From Octopus bimaculoides (Eukaryota): 59,114 nt of DNA. The stretch spans positions 98,446,550-98,505,663 of the forward strand of contig NC_068985.1 of the NCBI RefSeq assembly GCF_001194135.2, written 5' to 3'. Shown piece by piece: positions 25,927 through 38,900 of this stretch (its first letter is position 1; each line of letters opens with the position of its first letter). Made by a program: the position numbers and the translations under genes. The notes under the pieces are model-generated. The model ran no database searches. It was not told where the DNA came from and was given only the letters and a program-made list of their open reading frames with translations.

Positions 25927-26914
25927 TTTCATAGTTTCTGCCTACCAAATACATGCAATTGATATTGGTTGGCCTACTATAGTAGAAAAGATTTGCTCAA
26001 GATGCCATGCAGTAGAACTGAACCCCAAATCATGCAATTGCCATTTGCTGTGCCTATGTATGTTTCTGTGTGTACTTGCCTGAAAATATTTTGGTAGTAG
26101 TTTGACGTGAATAACGAACATGTCCAGAAAAAGTCTGTTGCTGCTTCTCTGTAGAGTATATTTCAGAGTGGCAATTATACAAATATTCTCATACAAATAT
26201 TTATATTCTCATATAAATATTCCTACCCCCTGGTGAGTTACTGAATGTAGAGAAAAGGGGATGGCAAAGCCCTCTTAGCCAGTGAGATTGATGCCATCGA
26301 TGCTCTAGTTAAGATGTTGCAACTTGACCCCTGTAAGAAACATTATCTGTAGTGGGATATCAGAGGGAAGGGAAAACTGGGCACAGGGTTAGTGCAGGAT
26401 TTGGTGAAGAGGGGAAGCAGCATGTCTGATAAGAAAGATTAGAGGGAAGTGTCTGAACATATGAGACTAACTAGCTTTGAGGAACCACCATTGCTTTAGG
26501 TTCTCTTGTGTTCTCCATGTACTAATCATGTGCTGGAGATCAATTCGTGTCCTTTCTCCAAAACTTGAGGCCTTGTGCTCATGTTGGGAGTCAAAATAAT
26601 TGTGTAATTATGTAAGTTTGTGTATCTTAAACAATTTGAGTGTCATGGCTATGTATATTTATTTTGTAGATCAGCCGTATAAAGGAAACTAATCATGGTC
26701 TGATTGATCTGGATCATTTGGAAGAAGAGCTAAAGGTTTGAATCGTTTGTTAAAAGCTGTGTGCCATAAATTTTAGTTAAGTTCTGTTAAATAAACCAGA
26801 TAAAATTCTACCTAACATTCTGACATTCCAGTCATGGCACAAGGACAATCAACTCTTTATTACAGGGGTAACAAAATCTAGCAAAATGTCGAGAAATAGC
26901 AGCCTTGTAGAAAG

Positions 26915-26945
<31 letters not shown>

Positions 26946-29900
26946 GACAGGCACATACACAGACATATACACACGCAGCAGTAACTTCCGCCTACCAAAT
27001 TCAATCACAATGCTTTGGTTTTGCATTTTTCTCAATACTTAAGAGAAAAAATATTTTGTTGGAGAAATTATACCTGAAAGGATTTGTGGTTGTTAAACAG
27101 TGAACTATTTATATTAGAGAAATTTTTTTTTTCCTGATTAGTCAAGCTAACTGAATAATGTGGAGTCGCTTGCCATGCTTAAGGATGCAAGAGAAAGGCT
27201 GTTGTAAGATTTTAACTTTGGCTGCATTTAATCCAGTACCTTCATATTTCAACATCAATTAATAAATTACAAATCCAAATAATTATAGATATGATGGGTT
27301 TGTATCCTATCACTGGTGTGCAACTTAGTTTTTGTACTGTGGTGGTAGGGATACTTAAACCAATAACAACACCTCTCTCTGTAAAATGATTTGATAAAAA
27401 GATGTCACCTGCGTAAACTGAAAGACTATTTTGTTTGCTTGAAGTAAGTTTCAAGTAATTGAGCAAGGCCTCCTGAAGTATTATCTTAAAGCAGGATAGG
27501 CTCTACCAGCACTATACAATCTATAAAAATAAAATGTCCTTAAACCTTTTGATTCCACCCAAGGCTGCTTTTGGTTCGATGGTGCAGACTTTATTTTCAA
27601 GTGATTTAAATCAAAACTTCCTATTAAAATTTCATGTTAATTTATGTTCCAAATATCAGCTTAACAATGATGAATTTTACTAAATTCATTACTTTCTAAG
27701 TTAATTGAAACAAAGGCAATGTATTTCAAAAGATTAACAGGATTAATTGGAACATTTAACTGTAACAAGTTTTGTGTTGAGAGCACATGTGTATCAAAAT
27801 ATATTTTTCATTATAACTAGTATGTTTTCTACAGATATTTTATAGAGGGCATTTAACAAAATATCATTTTTCATTTGTGTGTAAACTTTAGTATGCCTCA
27901 CTATTTGTGGAAACTATTTTAAATTGCTGCATTTATTTTACTATGTTCATTATTGATGCCTTATTGTTTAACTACGAAGCAACACACTGTCACACTTGAA
28001 TAAAATCTTATTTTAATAACATATTTCTTGCTAATGATTTCCGTAGTGAAATGGAGATTATTATTATTATTATTATTTTTTTTTTTTACAGAAATGGAGT
28101 AAGAAGTCCTTTGATATCATTGTGGCATTTTCAGCTGCTAGCAATGTAACTGGAATAATAACTGACACAGAAAAAGTTACCAGACTTGTCCATAAATATG
28201 GTGGATTATCATTTTGGGATTATGCTACATCAGGCATGTTTTTTATTTGTTTTTTTTTTATAGATTAATTGATTATTTCAAAACTATTGGTTATTGAGAC
28301 CAAATTTATATAAACCAGAAAACCCTGAATATCACTTATTTTCCTTTCTGTTTTCTGTTCAGTAATTTTAACTTGTAATTTTAGTTTCCATTGCTATAGT
28401 TCTTTACCCATGTCTGCTCTTTGTTTCCTCTTTAAACCTTTCTGGTGAGTTGTAGTGCACCTGATCACTGCAGATAATAAGCTCATAGTAAGTACTAGAA
28501 AGTACTGTTGCTGAATATCTCAAATCGTGAGATTTAAAAATAGCAATTTTCCAAACTCACTTTAGTTCAAATGTACCTGCTGCTTCCTTCCATACACAAA
28601 TGTACTAAATATGGGAATACTATGTCATATTTTGTCTTTTGGTTTCTTTTAAAACAGCTCCTTATGTGGACATTGACATGAATCCCGCAGATGAAGCTGC
28701 GTAAGTATTTTATCCAACTTGGTGACCCTTATATTCTTTTTCTTTATTTCAAATGTTTCAGTTGTTGCTTTGTGGCTATACTGTGTATATGCAACAGTTA
28801 TAAGCATTAGCATGGTTAAGTGGTTAAGAAACTTGCTTCAGAACCACATGGTTAGGGTTTTGGCTCCCACTACAGCTAATCTTCTTTACGATAGCTTTGG
28901 GTCAACTAATAACTAATGAGTGAAACTGATGGAAAGAAACTGCATGTATTTATTTTTTCTCCTTATCTTATGGGTCTTAGTTGTAAGCAAAAGTTGCATT
29001 ATCAAATACAAGCAATGTTGTATACCTGTAGCCAACCGTGAAAACACACTGGGCTACTTGGCATGTTGTGCTATCTTTGTAACTATGGCCATATGAAGCA
29101 TGGAAAAATAGACGATATAATGATAATGACATATCTTTCTAAATCTCACATCATCACCTTGTTATATTATGAAGAATGTCTGGACTTCCAACCTCCCTGG
29201 ACATTTCATGAAGACAGTAATTAAGACTCTTTCTTTAGACGTAAAGCTTGGACTAGTATAATGTACAAGCCAAGTCTTTTGAATGTTTTGAACAGTCTTC
29301 AGTATCAGCTGGATACAGAAAACTGCCATTAAGCAACTCAGTTTTATGGTGATTCCTCTAATTTGCAGGACAAACATGTTAGCAAAAAAAAAAAAAATGA
29401 CTGTAGATTAACAGGTATTGTCTAAGACACTTAGAGCTTCCTGTTAGCTGATTCACTGCTAGGAACTAATCCATGTGAAGATAATGCATCTTCCAAAACC
29501 ATGGCCATGGAGTTGATGGTGGATAATAGTGTTTCTGAAATTCAGACATTAATGATAGAACAGAATACATGCCGAACACTTGTCATTGTGCACATTGTAG
29601 GTGATACATGATGAGATCTGAACCCAAATGGACTGTATCTAATAAGTCTTTCCTAACTGATGTTTCATATTTCTTAATGAAGTAAATACATACGAGGGTT
29701 CTCACAAGAAGGTTATTGCCTCTTTATTCCCTGTATATTTAACTATATCCACATTTACATTTAACTTACGCAAGCATGGCTGTCTGGTTAGAAAGCTTGC
29801 TTTTCATCCACATGGTTTCAAGTTCAGTCCCACTGCATAGTACTGAGGGTGTCTTCTACTACAGCCTTGGGCTGACTGAGGCCTTGTGATTGAAGTTTGT

Positions 29901-32900
29901 AGGTGGAAATTGCCATCTTGTGTGTAAGTACTTGTGCCTCTTAAGAGATATATGAAATTGTCAGAATTTGTAAGGCACCAGATCAAATGCTTTGACAGAT
30001 TTGTACCTATGGGCAAGCCATGACCCACAAGTCTTTCTGAATAGCACACCTAATGAAAAATTACCTTGACTTTGCCAGTCATTTTGGAGTCGATGAAACC
30101 AGTACCAGTTATATGTTGAGGTCAATTCAATCAACTACACTCTTGCTACAAAAATGTAGCTTAAATTTTAAGCTTTGTATATACATAAAAATATATTTTC
30201 ATTTATATTTAAGACATAAAGATGCTGTCTATCTGAGCCCACATAAGTTTGTCGGTGGACCTGGAACCCCTGGTAAGTTGATGTTAATTCAGATAATTTC
30301 CTTTTCCAGAAATCCCTTAAAGGACTGGCTCAAATATCACTTATAAACTTATTTACAATAATTTGTTGGAGATGTATCAATTCCTTTAAATATTTGAACT
30401 ATTGTTGCTAAGAGATTCATTCTCAAACTATTAATTTCATGTTTAGAGTTGAAGTGGGCAAAAAATGTAACATCTACATTTGGCAGATATTTGTCCTCAT
30501 CTTGTTTGTTAATACGTTTCGGCTGATATACCCTCCAGCCTTCATCAGGTGTCTTGGGGAAATTTAGATCCTGGGTTCTCATTGCTAAGGTATTATTCTA
30601 TATCATTATTCAGGTCACTGCCTGGAATCGAACTCTGAATCTTGAGGGTAGCAGTCTGTGCTTGTAACCACAATACTATATGCCTGTGGGCATAGTGGTT
30701 AAGAGCATGGGCTACTAACCCCAAGATTCCGAGTTTGATTCCAGGCGGTGACCTGAATAATAATATAGAAAAATACCTTAGAAATGAGAACCTAGGTTCG
30801 AAATTTCCTCAAGATACCTGATGAAGGCTGGAAGGTATATCAGCCGAAACGTATTACTAACAAGACTAGGACAAATATCTGTCAAATGTACATAATTCTT
30901 CATCTCTTAAATATAGGACTGTATCTACATCTACAGTTATAAATGTCTCTGAATGTTTGAGAATTGTGCATGTAGTGGCAAATATTGCCAGGATTGGAGT
31001 TTGCTGTAATAGACCCTGCTTCTCTAAGAGGGCTTCCAGTTTTAGTATTATTTGTTGTATAGGTATTCTATGGCTGTCGTCTGTGTGTACCTATCACGAT
31101 GTATGGGGTACTGTTTAGTGTATTGTGAAGGGACTAGGATTTGGATGCAAGTGTGATATCTATAATGAATCAAAAGTAAAATTTGTGCATTGCTCTTTAC
31201 TGTTGGCTAAATGTCTTCTGTATAGGTTGTGAATGTTGTAGAGTTGGTGTATATAACTCTTAGTGTTAACCCATATAATAACTTACTTAACCCATATAAT
31301 AGCAACTTGTCTGAGACTATTTGTTTTCCTGATACAAATGTCTTGTGTTGAAGTAATCTAAATTTAACCTATCAAAACTTCATATTAATTTTTATTATGA
31401 ACACCAGATTAATAATGAGTTATTTTGCTAAATCATTTAATAATCTTAAAACTAATTGAAATGGACAGGTGTATTTCAACAAACAGTAACAAAAGGATCA
31501 GGGTTACACATTACCTTCATTTCACTTTGCCGCATTCTCACCTTTTCGATTCGTTCATTTAACTTCTCTCTTTCATTTTATCTCTTACTCTCTTTGTCTC
31601 ACTCCTAACATTGTGTTTTAATTTGTTAATTTATGCTTAAATTTGTTGAACCACCAAGCCCATTGTAAATTTTGAAAAAAGAATTTCTAAAAAAAACTTT
31701 ACATTGTCTTTACAGGTCTTCTTATTGCCAAGACCAAGCTTTTCAAGAATCCTGTTCCTGATAGTGTTGGTGGAGGGACAGCATTGTTTGTAAGTTAGAC
31801 TCTTTTGATATTGTCCATAATTACTTTATAGTCTAACCGTAGTCAGTAATGTTTATGAACTTCATGATGGTCCATTTTTATTGACTTGATATACATAATC
31901 TTAAAAATTATGTTGAAAGAGGGAAAAAGGTACTGAATTGTTAGTTCATTCAGTAAATTAATCATCATCCTTTCATGCCCATTTTCCACACTGGCATGGG
32001 TCGGACGGTTTCACAGGAGCCAACAAGCCCAGAGACTACACTAAGCTGTCTGTTTCTATGACTGGACACCTTTCCAACTACCAATTACTTCAGTGTGTAC
32101 TAGGTGCTTTCTACATAGTACCAACGCTAGTGAAGTTACAAAATAACTCACAAGATGAGACCCTTCAATTTGAAGGTGGGAGAAGTAATATTGGGGGAGG
32201 GGGCTTCATGCTAGGTGACGAGAGGGTCAGGAGTAGGTTTCTTGCTATAGAGAAGGTTCTCATACATAAATGTAGCACTGATATATCCCACAAGTTGTGT
32301 TTTAGCCCCGAGTCAGTTCTTATCGAGAAAAAGGCTTTCCAGCTATATATATAATTTTTCATAGAAAACCATGTAATCGTAGCCAATATAGCAAGAGATT
32401 TCACCTCAAAAAAGTCTAAATTAGACTCCTTAGGCATCGTTCTCCTTGTTTATATATCCAAAGTTTTAAATTTAAGAGAGATCACATAGGAATAAATTAC
32501 AATAATAATGGATATTAGCATCAAATCTCTCTCTTAAATTTAAATTTAAAACTTTGGAGATATATATATATGTACACGCACACACTCACGCACGCACGCA
32601 CGCACGCACGCCCGCCTCCCTGGATGAGGCATGGGTCCATTACAAGATGAATTGGTTGAAATGAAGTGTTTTGCTCAAGAACACATTCAATTGCCTAGTC
32701 CAGGAATTGAAACCACAATCCTGCAATCATGAGTCCAACATCCTAACCACTAAGCTATGAGCATCCATGTTGTTAACTCTTACAGTCTAAGACATTTAGA
32801 TATTTTGTTGAAATTATCTTTTACTCTATTTTTTATGTAAATGATTGCATCCTGCTCAACCTTCTATTTGAAAGCAGGATCCACATATTTTCAGTTAAGA

Positions 32901-35900
32901 TCCTTATTTTCTCAAACTTTATACTTACACAAATATTGTTTCTTTTTCTGAAAGGTCACACGAGACACTCACCTATACCTTAAAGATATTGAAAGCCGTG
33001 AAGAAGGAGGAACGCCTGGTATTATTGAAGCTATTCGTGCTGGACTGATCTTCCAATTGAAAAGGGTTTCTATACTTCATTAAATCTTTGTGTGTGTGTG
33101 TGTGCGCTATTTAAGCATTCCTGCCAAGACCATTCAATCTTTTATTTTGATGTCATATACCTAATGTTACTCAATGATATCAGATTAAGACTACAGTATG
33201 CTTCAAGAGAAACTTTGACTGCTATTTCTAGCAAGGTGAGCAACTATGGAAGGGATCTCTTGTTAGCTTATGTTTCGCTCGCTGTCTCTCTCTGTCTCTC
33301 TCTCTCTATCTCTCTCTCTCTCTATCTCTCTCTCTCTGTCTGTTCAGTGGTTGCTGTTAGGAAGGGCATCCTGCTGTAGAAACCGTACCAAAACAGACAA
33401 CTGGAATCAGGACAGCTCTCCAGCCTGACAGCTCCTGTCAAACCATCCAACCCATGCCAGCATGGAAAACGTATGTTAGACGAGGATGATACATAAGGGA
33501 GAGAAAAGAGAGCATCATTGTTTTAACAGCCACTTTTCTATGCTTGGGAACAGGTGAAGGTTGGCAACAAGAAGGGCACCCAGTCATAGAAAATCTACAA
33601 CATTCCGTGGGACCAGTCCAAGCATGGAAAAGTGAATGTTAAATGATGTGAGGAACAGAAGCTTGTTGTAATTGGGTGTATAATGGTGACAATTCTATTC
33701 TGCTGCACTTAGATCCTTTTAATTCTGCACATTTTTGCCTTGTTTTCTTTATTAACTTGATAAAATAATTACCAGACAAAGTACTGGCTAATATAAATTA
33801 TTTGAAAATTCTTGAAAATATCCCTCTTTGGCCGCGGCTTAATCACTAAAACCATAATGGGCAAAAAAAGAAAAAAAAAGGCATATGAACGGAAAGCATT
33901 GCCTTAATATAGGAAGAGTAGTCTCCCTTGCCTTTAGTTGATAAATTCTATTTTCATAAATTTAAAGATGTGATTTACGTTGTGACTTATATTACAGAGT
34001 GTTGGTACAGACAATATTGACCTTCGGGATGAAGATCTATGTTCGTGAGTAATTATATACATTATTACAATATGTAATAAATTCAGTATTAGATTTAACG
34101 GGGGCAACAAATATTAGTCAAATTTTGGATATTTAATCTTGAATCTTAAACCTTTTATTTTAGTATGTCTGGAACAAAACTCCCTAAGTTTTAATTAATT
34201 TTGAAAATAATGAATTTAGTAAAATAAATTTGTCATTATTAATCTGGTGTTTAAGGCGGCGAGCTGGCAGAATCATTAGCATGTTGGACGAAATGCTTAG
34301 CAGCATTTCGCCCGTCGTTATGTTCTGAGTTCAAATTCCTCCGAGGTCGACTTTGCCTTTCATTTTTATCGGGTTCGATAAAATAAGCACCAGTCGAACA
34401 CTGGGGTCGATGTAATCGACTTTTCCCCTCCCCCAAAATTGCTGTCTTTGTGGCAAAATTTGAAACCATTATTAATCTGGTGTTTGGAGCATAGACTAGC
34501 TTGAAGGTTTAACCATTTAGCTTTCACATGACTCTGTCAAATCTAATGCTTATTTATTCATATTGCTTTAAATTAATCATATGTTAACTTGTAACTATGA
34601 GATGTTGATGAGGCAGCTGTTCATTTTTAGAATGATATTATTGTAGGGTGATGTGAGAGTCCAGATTGACCATAAAAGAGGTAAAATATTTTGGACACAT
34701 ATGGTTGGTTTAAATGCTAAAGGGTTACAGTAAAGTTTTAATTCATGTCACATGAAAACAGGAACATCTCATGAGGATTGATATAAAAGGGGATAAATCT
34801 GCCTTGATCTTTAATTTCTGTATAAGATATTTTTCAGTTATGTAACTTTTAAGCCTGCAAATCTTTCATTGCAAGTCATCAATATAACTGTTAAATCTGG
34901 TGTGATCCCTAACACTTATAGAAAATATTTTCCATCACTATGTATCTGTACACATACATACATACATACATACTAGCACGCACACACACACACACACATG
35001 CATACTTGCACACACACACACACATACATACACACACGCATGCAGATGCGTGCACATATGCCTACGCAGTCACATCCACCCACACACACAATCGGCTTTT
35101 ACAGTTTCCATCTACCAAATTCACTCACAAGGCACAAATCAACTTTAGACTATGGAAGATACTAACAGAATCCCAGACTGTGGTTGCAAAATAAGCTTCT
35201 TAACTCCACATTGTCTAAGACTACATTGAAAACACCATTTGGTCTTTAATTTAGCTATGATACATCTAAGACTATCCAATATATCTTTACCTTTTTGAGA
35301 CAACAGGTATGGACTGTTATTTCTAGCAGGCTGAGAAACCCTGCTGAGCTTCGGAAAGAATGGTGTTTACTTTGCCGAAAGGTCAGGCAACAACTAACAA
35401 TCTGATTTATTTTACAGGAGAGCCTTCAAAAAGTGGAAAAAGAACAAAAATCTCATACTTCTTGGAAGTCATTCAAGCAAGAGGTTACCAATTTTCTCCT
35501 TCATTGTAAAACATGAAAATGGCAAGAAACTTCTGCATCATAACTTTGTATCTGCTGTTCTCAATGATATGTATGGTATCCAAGCTAGAGGAGGCTGTGC
35601 GTGTGCTGGACCTTATGCAATAGTATGTACTTCATATTCACTTCAATCAGTGTTATACAGTTTATATTAAGTTACTTGGTAAGAGGTCACACCTATGACC
35701 ATAAGCAATCTGTAATTCTTTCTTCTTGTTTTTCATCTTTAGAACTACAATATCCAATTTTACTGTTTTTTCTTAATCTTTTTAAAGACAGTAACCAAAT
35801 TATTCTCAGATATTCTCAAATCACATTTTACTATCAGGTTGAGGAACCTTGTAGAGAAACTTTGTTGGGCTCAGTTCTGTGATTATTTGATGATGACTGT

Positions 35901-38900
35901 CCCGGGGCTGTAGCAAAAGATGTTTGCCTGAGATATCATGCAGTAGACTGAACCTGAAACCTATTGTGAAGCAAACTTCTTAAATTATAATTGTTGTCAA
36001 TGACACCCTGTTCTTCTTAGCTGGTAGCAGTTTGTCAGTTTCGTGGTATTGCTAGATTTTAGATGTCAGTCTTTAGATCATTCACTTTCTTTAAAATTAC
36101 AATTGGCTGTTCTTAAGAAGACCATTTGTTTAACAAAACAAATGACTCTAAAAGCCTATTGTTTATATTTGTCTATGTTCCTGCATATGTGTCCCTGACA
36201 AATTTCTCTAAACATACGCCTCTCCCACAGCTCCCCTTTAACACTGGCCCCCATCTAGTCATAGAAACCATGTTAAAGCGGTCTTTTGGCTTGCCAGCTC
36301 CTTTTGGAAGAACCTTATCTCATGTTTTCCATGCCAACATGGAAAGCATGAGATAAGGCTGGACTGGTATTATTTTATATTTCAGGGTCTCTGGAGTTGA
36401 TAGAAGAAAGGAAGTTATCCTGAAGGCAAACACTTGACCTCTGGCTTACAACAAAGTGAGCTTCACTTAAAAAACCCAACGTTCAGACTGTAGTATAAGA
36501 CTGAGGATAGAAAACCTCTTCTACTTGGTATTCCACTAAGCCCTCAGTGGAATTGGGGGAACAGTATCAGGACCAGTAGCTTTGAATTCATCATCATCGT
36601 TTAACGTCCTCTTTCCATGCTAGCATGGGTTGGACGATTTGACTGAGGACTGTGAAACCAGATGGCTACACCAGGCTCCAATCTGATTTGGCAGAGTTTC
36701 TACAGTTGGATGCCCTTCCTAACGCTAACCACTCTGAGAGTGTAGTGGGTGCTTTTACGTGTCACTTGCACAAAGGCCAGTCAGGCGGTACTGGCAACGG
36801 CCGCGCTCAAAATGGCATATTTTATGTACCACCCGCACAAGAGCCAGTCCAGGGGCACTGGCAACGATCTCGCTCGAAAATCCTTACACATGTCACGGGC
36901 ACAAGTGCCAGAAAGGCAACCCTGGGCACGGGTGCCATCCTGATTAGATACCAGAAACTTTCTCTTGATAACTATGCCCATGGTGGCGATGTGTGTACAT
37001 AAAATGGACAAACGGGTGAAGTGCAAGATTGGTGAAAACTGAAGTGTGTAATTACTGTCCGGATAAATCAAAGCAATGTTGTAGTTCTCTCTCTCTGTTA
37101 GCTGGACATTGCTTTTCTTTCTTTCCCCTTTTTTAAAATTAAATTCTGATGCAGTCAGCTTCTTCACACTCACCATACTCTAGGCTCTCCTTACACAGCT
37201 GTTTTACTCCCACCAATACTTTCCTTGGCACCTCACATCATTAAAAACACTCATTTAACTGAAAACAATAGTTTTGGTATTTCGAAAAAAAAAGAAAAAA
37301 AAAAAAAAAAANNNNNNNNNNAAAAAAAAAAAAAAAAAAAAAAAAAAATTCATAAATTTCTCATTTTTGTTCAAATTTCAGGATCTTCTAGGGATTTCTG
37401 AAGAGCTTTTTGCAAAATTTTCCTGGTTTTTGAAGGATCATGAGGATATGTAAGTAATATTCTATTATTAGAACTACATGACTAACAAACGGAAGACCTG
37501 TTGCTCTACATCAGTAGATACAGGTCTTTTAGATTTGTCAGGTATTACCTTGGGGTTGAATCTCCTTTCTAAGGGTAATGATTATTACTAATTTACTGTG
37601 AGAGGTTCCTTATATTGTGGAGATATTGGTTTATTGAATGCTTCTTTGAGATGATTTTTTTTTTTGTTTTCATTTTATTTCTTTTTAGTATAGGTTTAGT
37701 TATTTTACACTTTTTGTTTTTACCTGAAGAGGACTTTAGGAATAAATTTTGATAAAATTCCTTTTCATCATTATCATTGGTATAAGAATGTTTTAGAATT
37801 TCTTATTTAATTTGCATTAGGTGAGTTTATTTCCTAATATGTTATATGATGCAGAGGAATTTTATTCCGGTAAATCTTTTAGTTCCAGAATTATACCTTT
37901 TTGATTTTGTGCTTGAGAATTTGACATGATGGTTTTTATATTAAACTAGTACACAACCTGTCCAGAACAAGTAGAACTTTGTTTTATTGAAATATCTGTG
38001 TATACATGCATCAAAAGAATTGAGTAAAACAATACTGAAACCAAAAAAGAAAAAAAGCATTTATTAGATAAAAATTCAGTTTTAACTGTTTTTACTTCCA
38101 TAGACAAGACAGCAAACTATCGATGGAAAATTCTAGCTATCAATGTGTGTGTATACAAAAATTTTAGTGTATTTTACATTTTCATAATTGGGATACCTGT
38201 AAAGTCCTTTTGGTTCAATTGTCCATCACCATCAAAAATCTTTGTCTGATGGATCCCCAATGTGGTGTAACATAGAACTGACCATGAGTGAACGTGTTAG
38301 GGAGAAAGATGGGATAAAAGCAGTGGAGGATAGAGATTAACAGACAGAAAACATGGCATTTTTATCAAAGAGGAAAATGAATATTTGTAGAGAAATGTAA
38401 AGAATGGAGATTCATCATTTTCTTTCTATTTTTGTAATAAACTTATTTTAAAAGCAATATTTTGAATCGTCCCATGTTAACATTTTAATTCTAACCATCA
38501 TTATCATGATTTAACATACATGTCCTATGCTGGCATGGATCAGACAGGTTGACAAGATTTAATATTCTTTGATATTTCTTCAGTTGGATGACCTTCCTAA
38601 TGCCACCCAGTGTGTACTAGATGCTTTTTTAACCAAGTGGCTCACAAGGCTATGAATCTTGAAGGGTGGTCAACTTTATGCTAGGGCTTGAATTAAAATG
38701 TGAGAGAAACAGGCAGAGTACATTTCTTGTTATAGAAAACCTATGAGACTACTCACATTAAGAAGTGGGTGAAAATGATCAGGTGGAGGTGCAAAAAAGA
38801 TAGTGGTGTCAAAGTGTCCTAGTTGCCCCTCAAGTTATGAAATGTGCTGAATTGGGTAAAGATTGACAAACTAGGACTGTGCATGGGTGGGACATTGAAG

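Larger units (their letters stand above)
30475..30890. mobile_element. Palindromic (head-to-head) element; each arm is a tRNA-like head plus an AT-rich spacer plus a hammerhead-like tail
   Basis: Arms 30475-30684 and 30688-30890 are reverse complements with scattered mismatches. The right arm reads catagtggttaagagc..gagtttgattccagg..cctgatgaaggctggaaggtatatcagccgaaacgta. Confidence 0.88.

Noticed and set aside
30688-30760. Possible functional tRNA gene
   Set aside because: It has A/B boxes but no complete cloverleaf, an implausible ACT anticodon position, and it is embedded in a repeat arm.
36386-36420. Candidate exon after the acceptor-like ttcag at 36385
   Set aside because: It hits TGA in the required phase-0 frame; 37382-37449 supplies the expected DLLGI.
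37450-37950. T-rich block with lysine-rich minus-strand translations
   Set aside because: Multiple stops in all frames and no motif I could identify.
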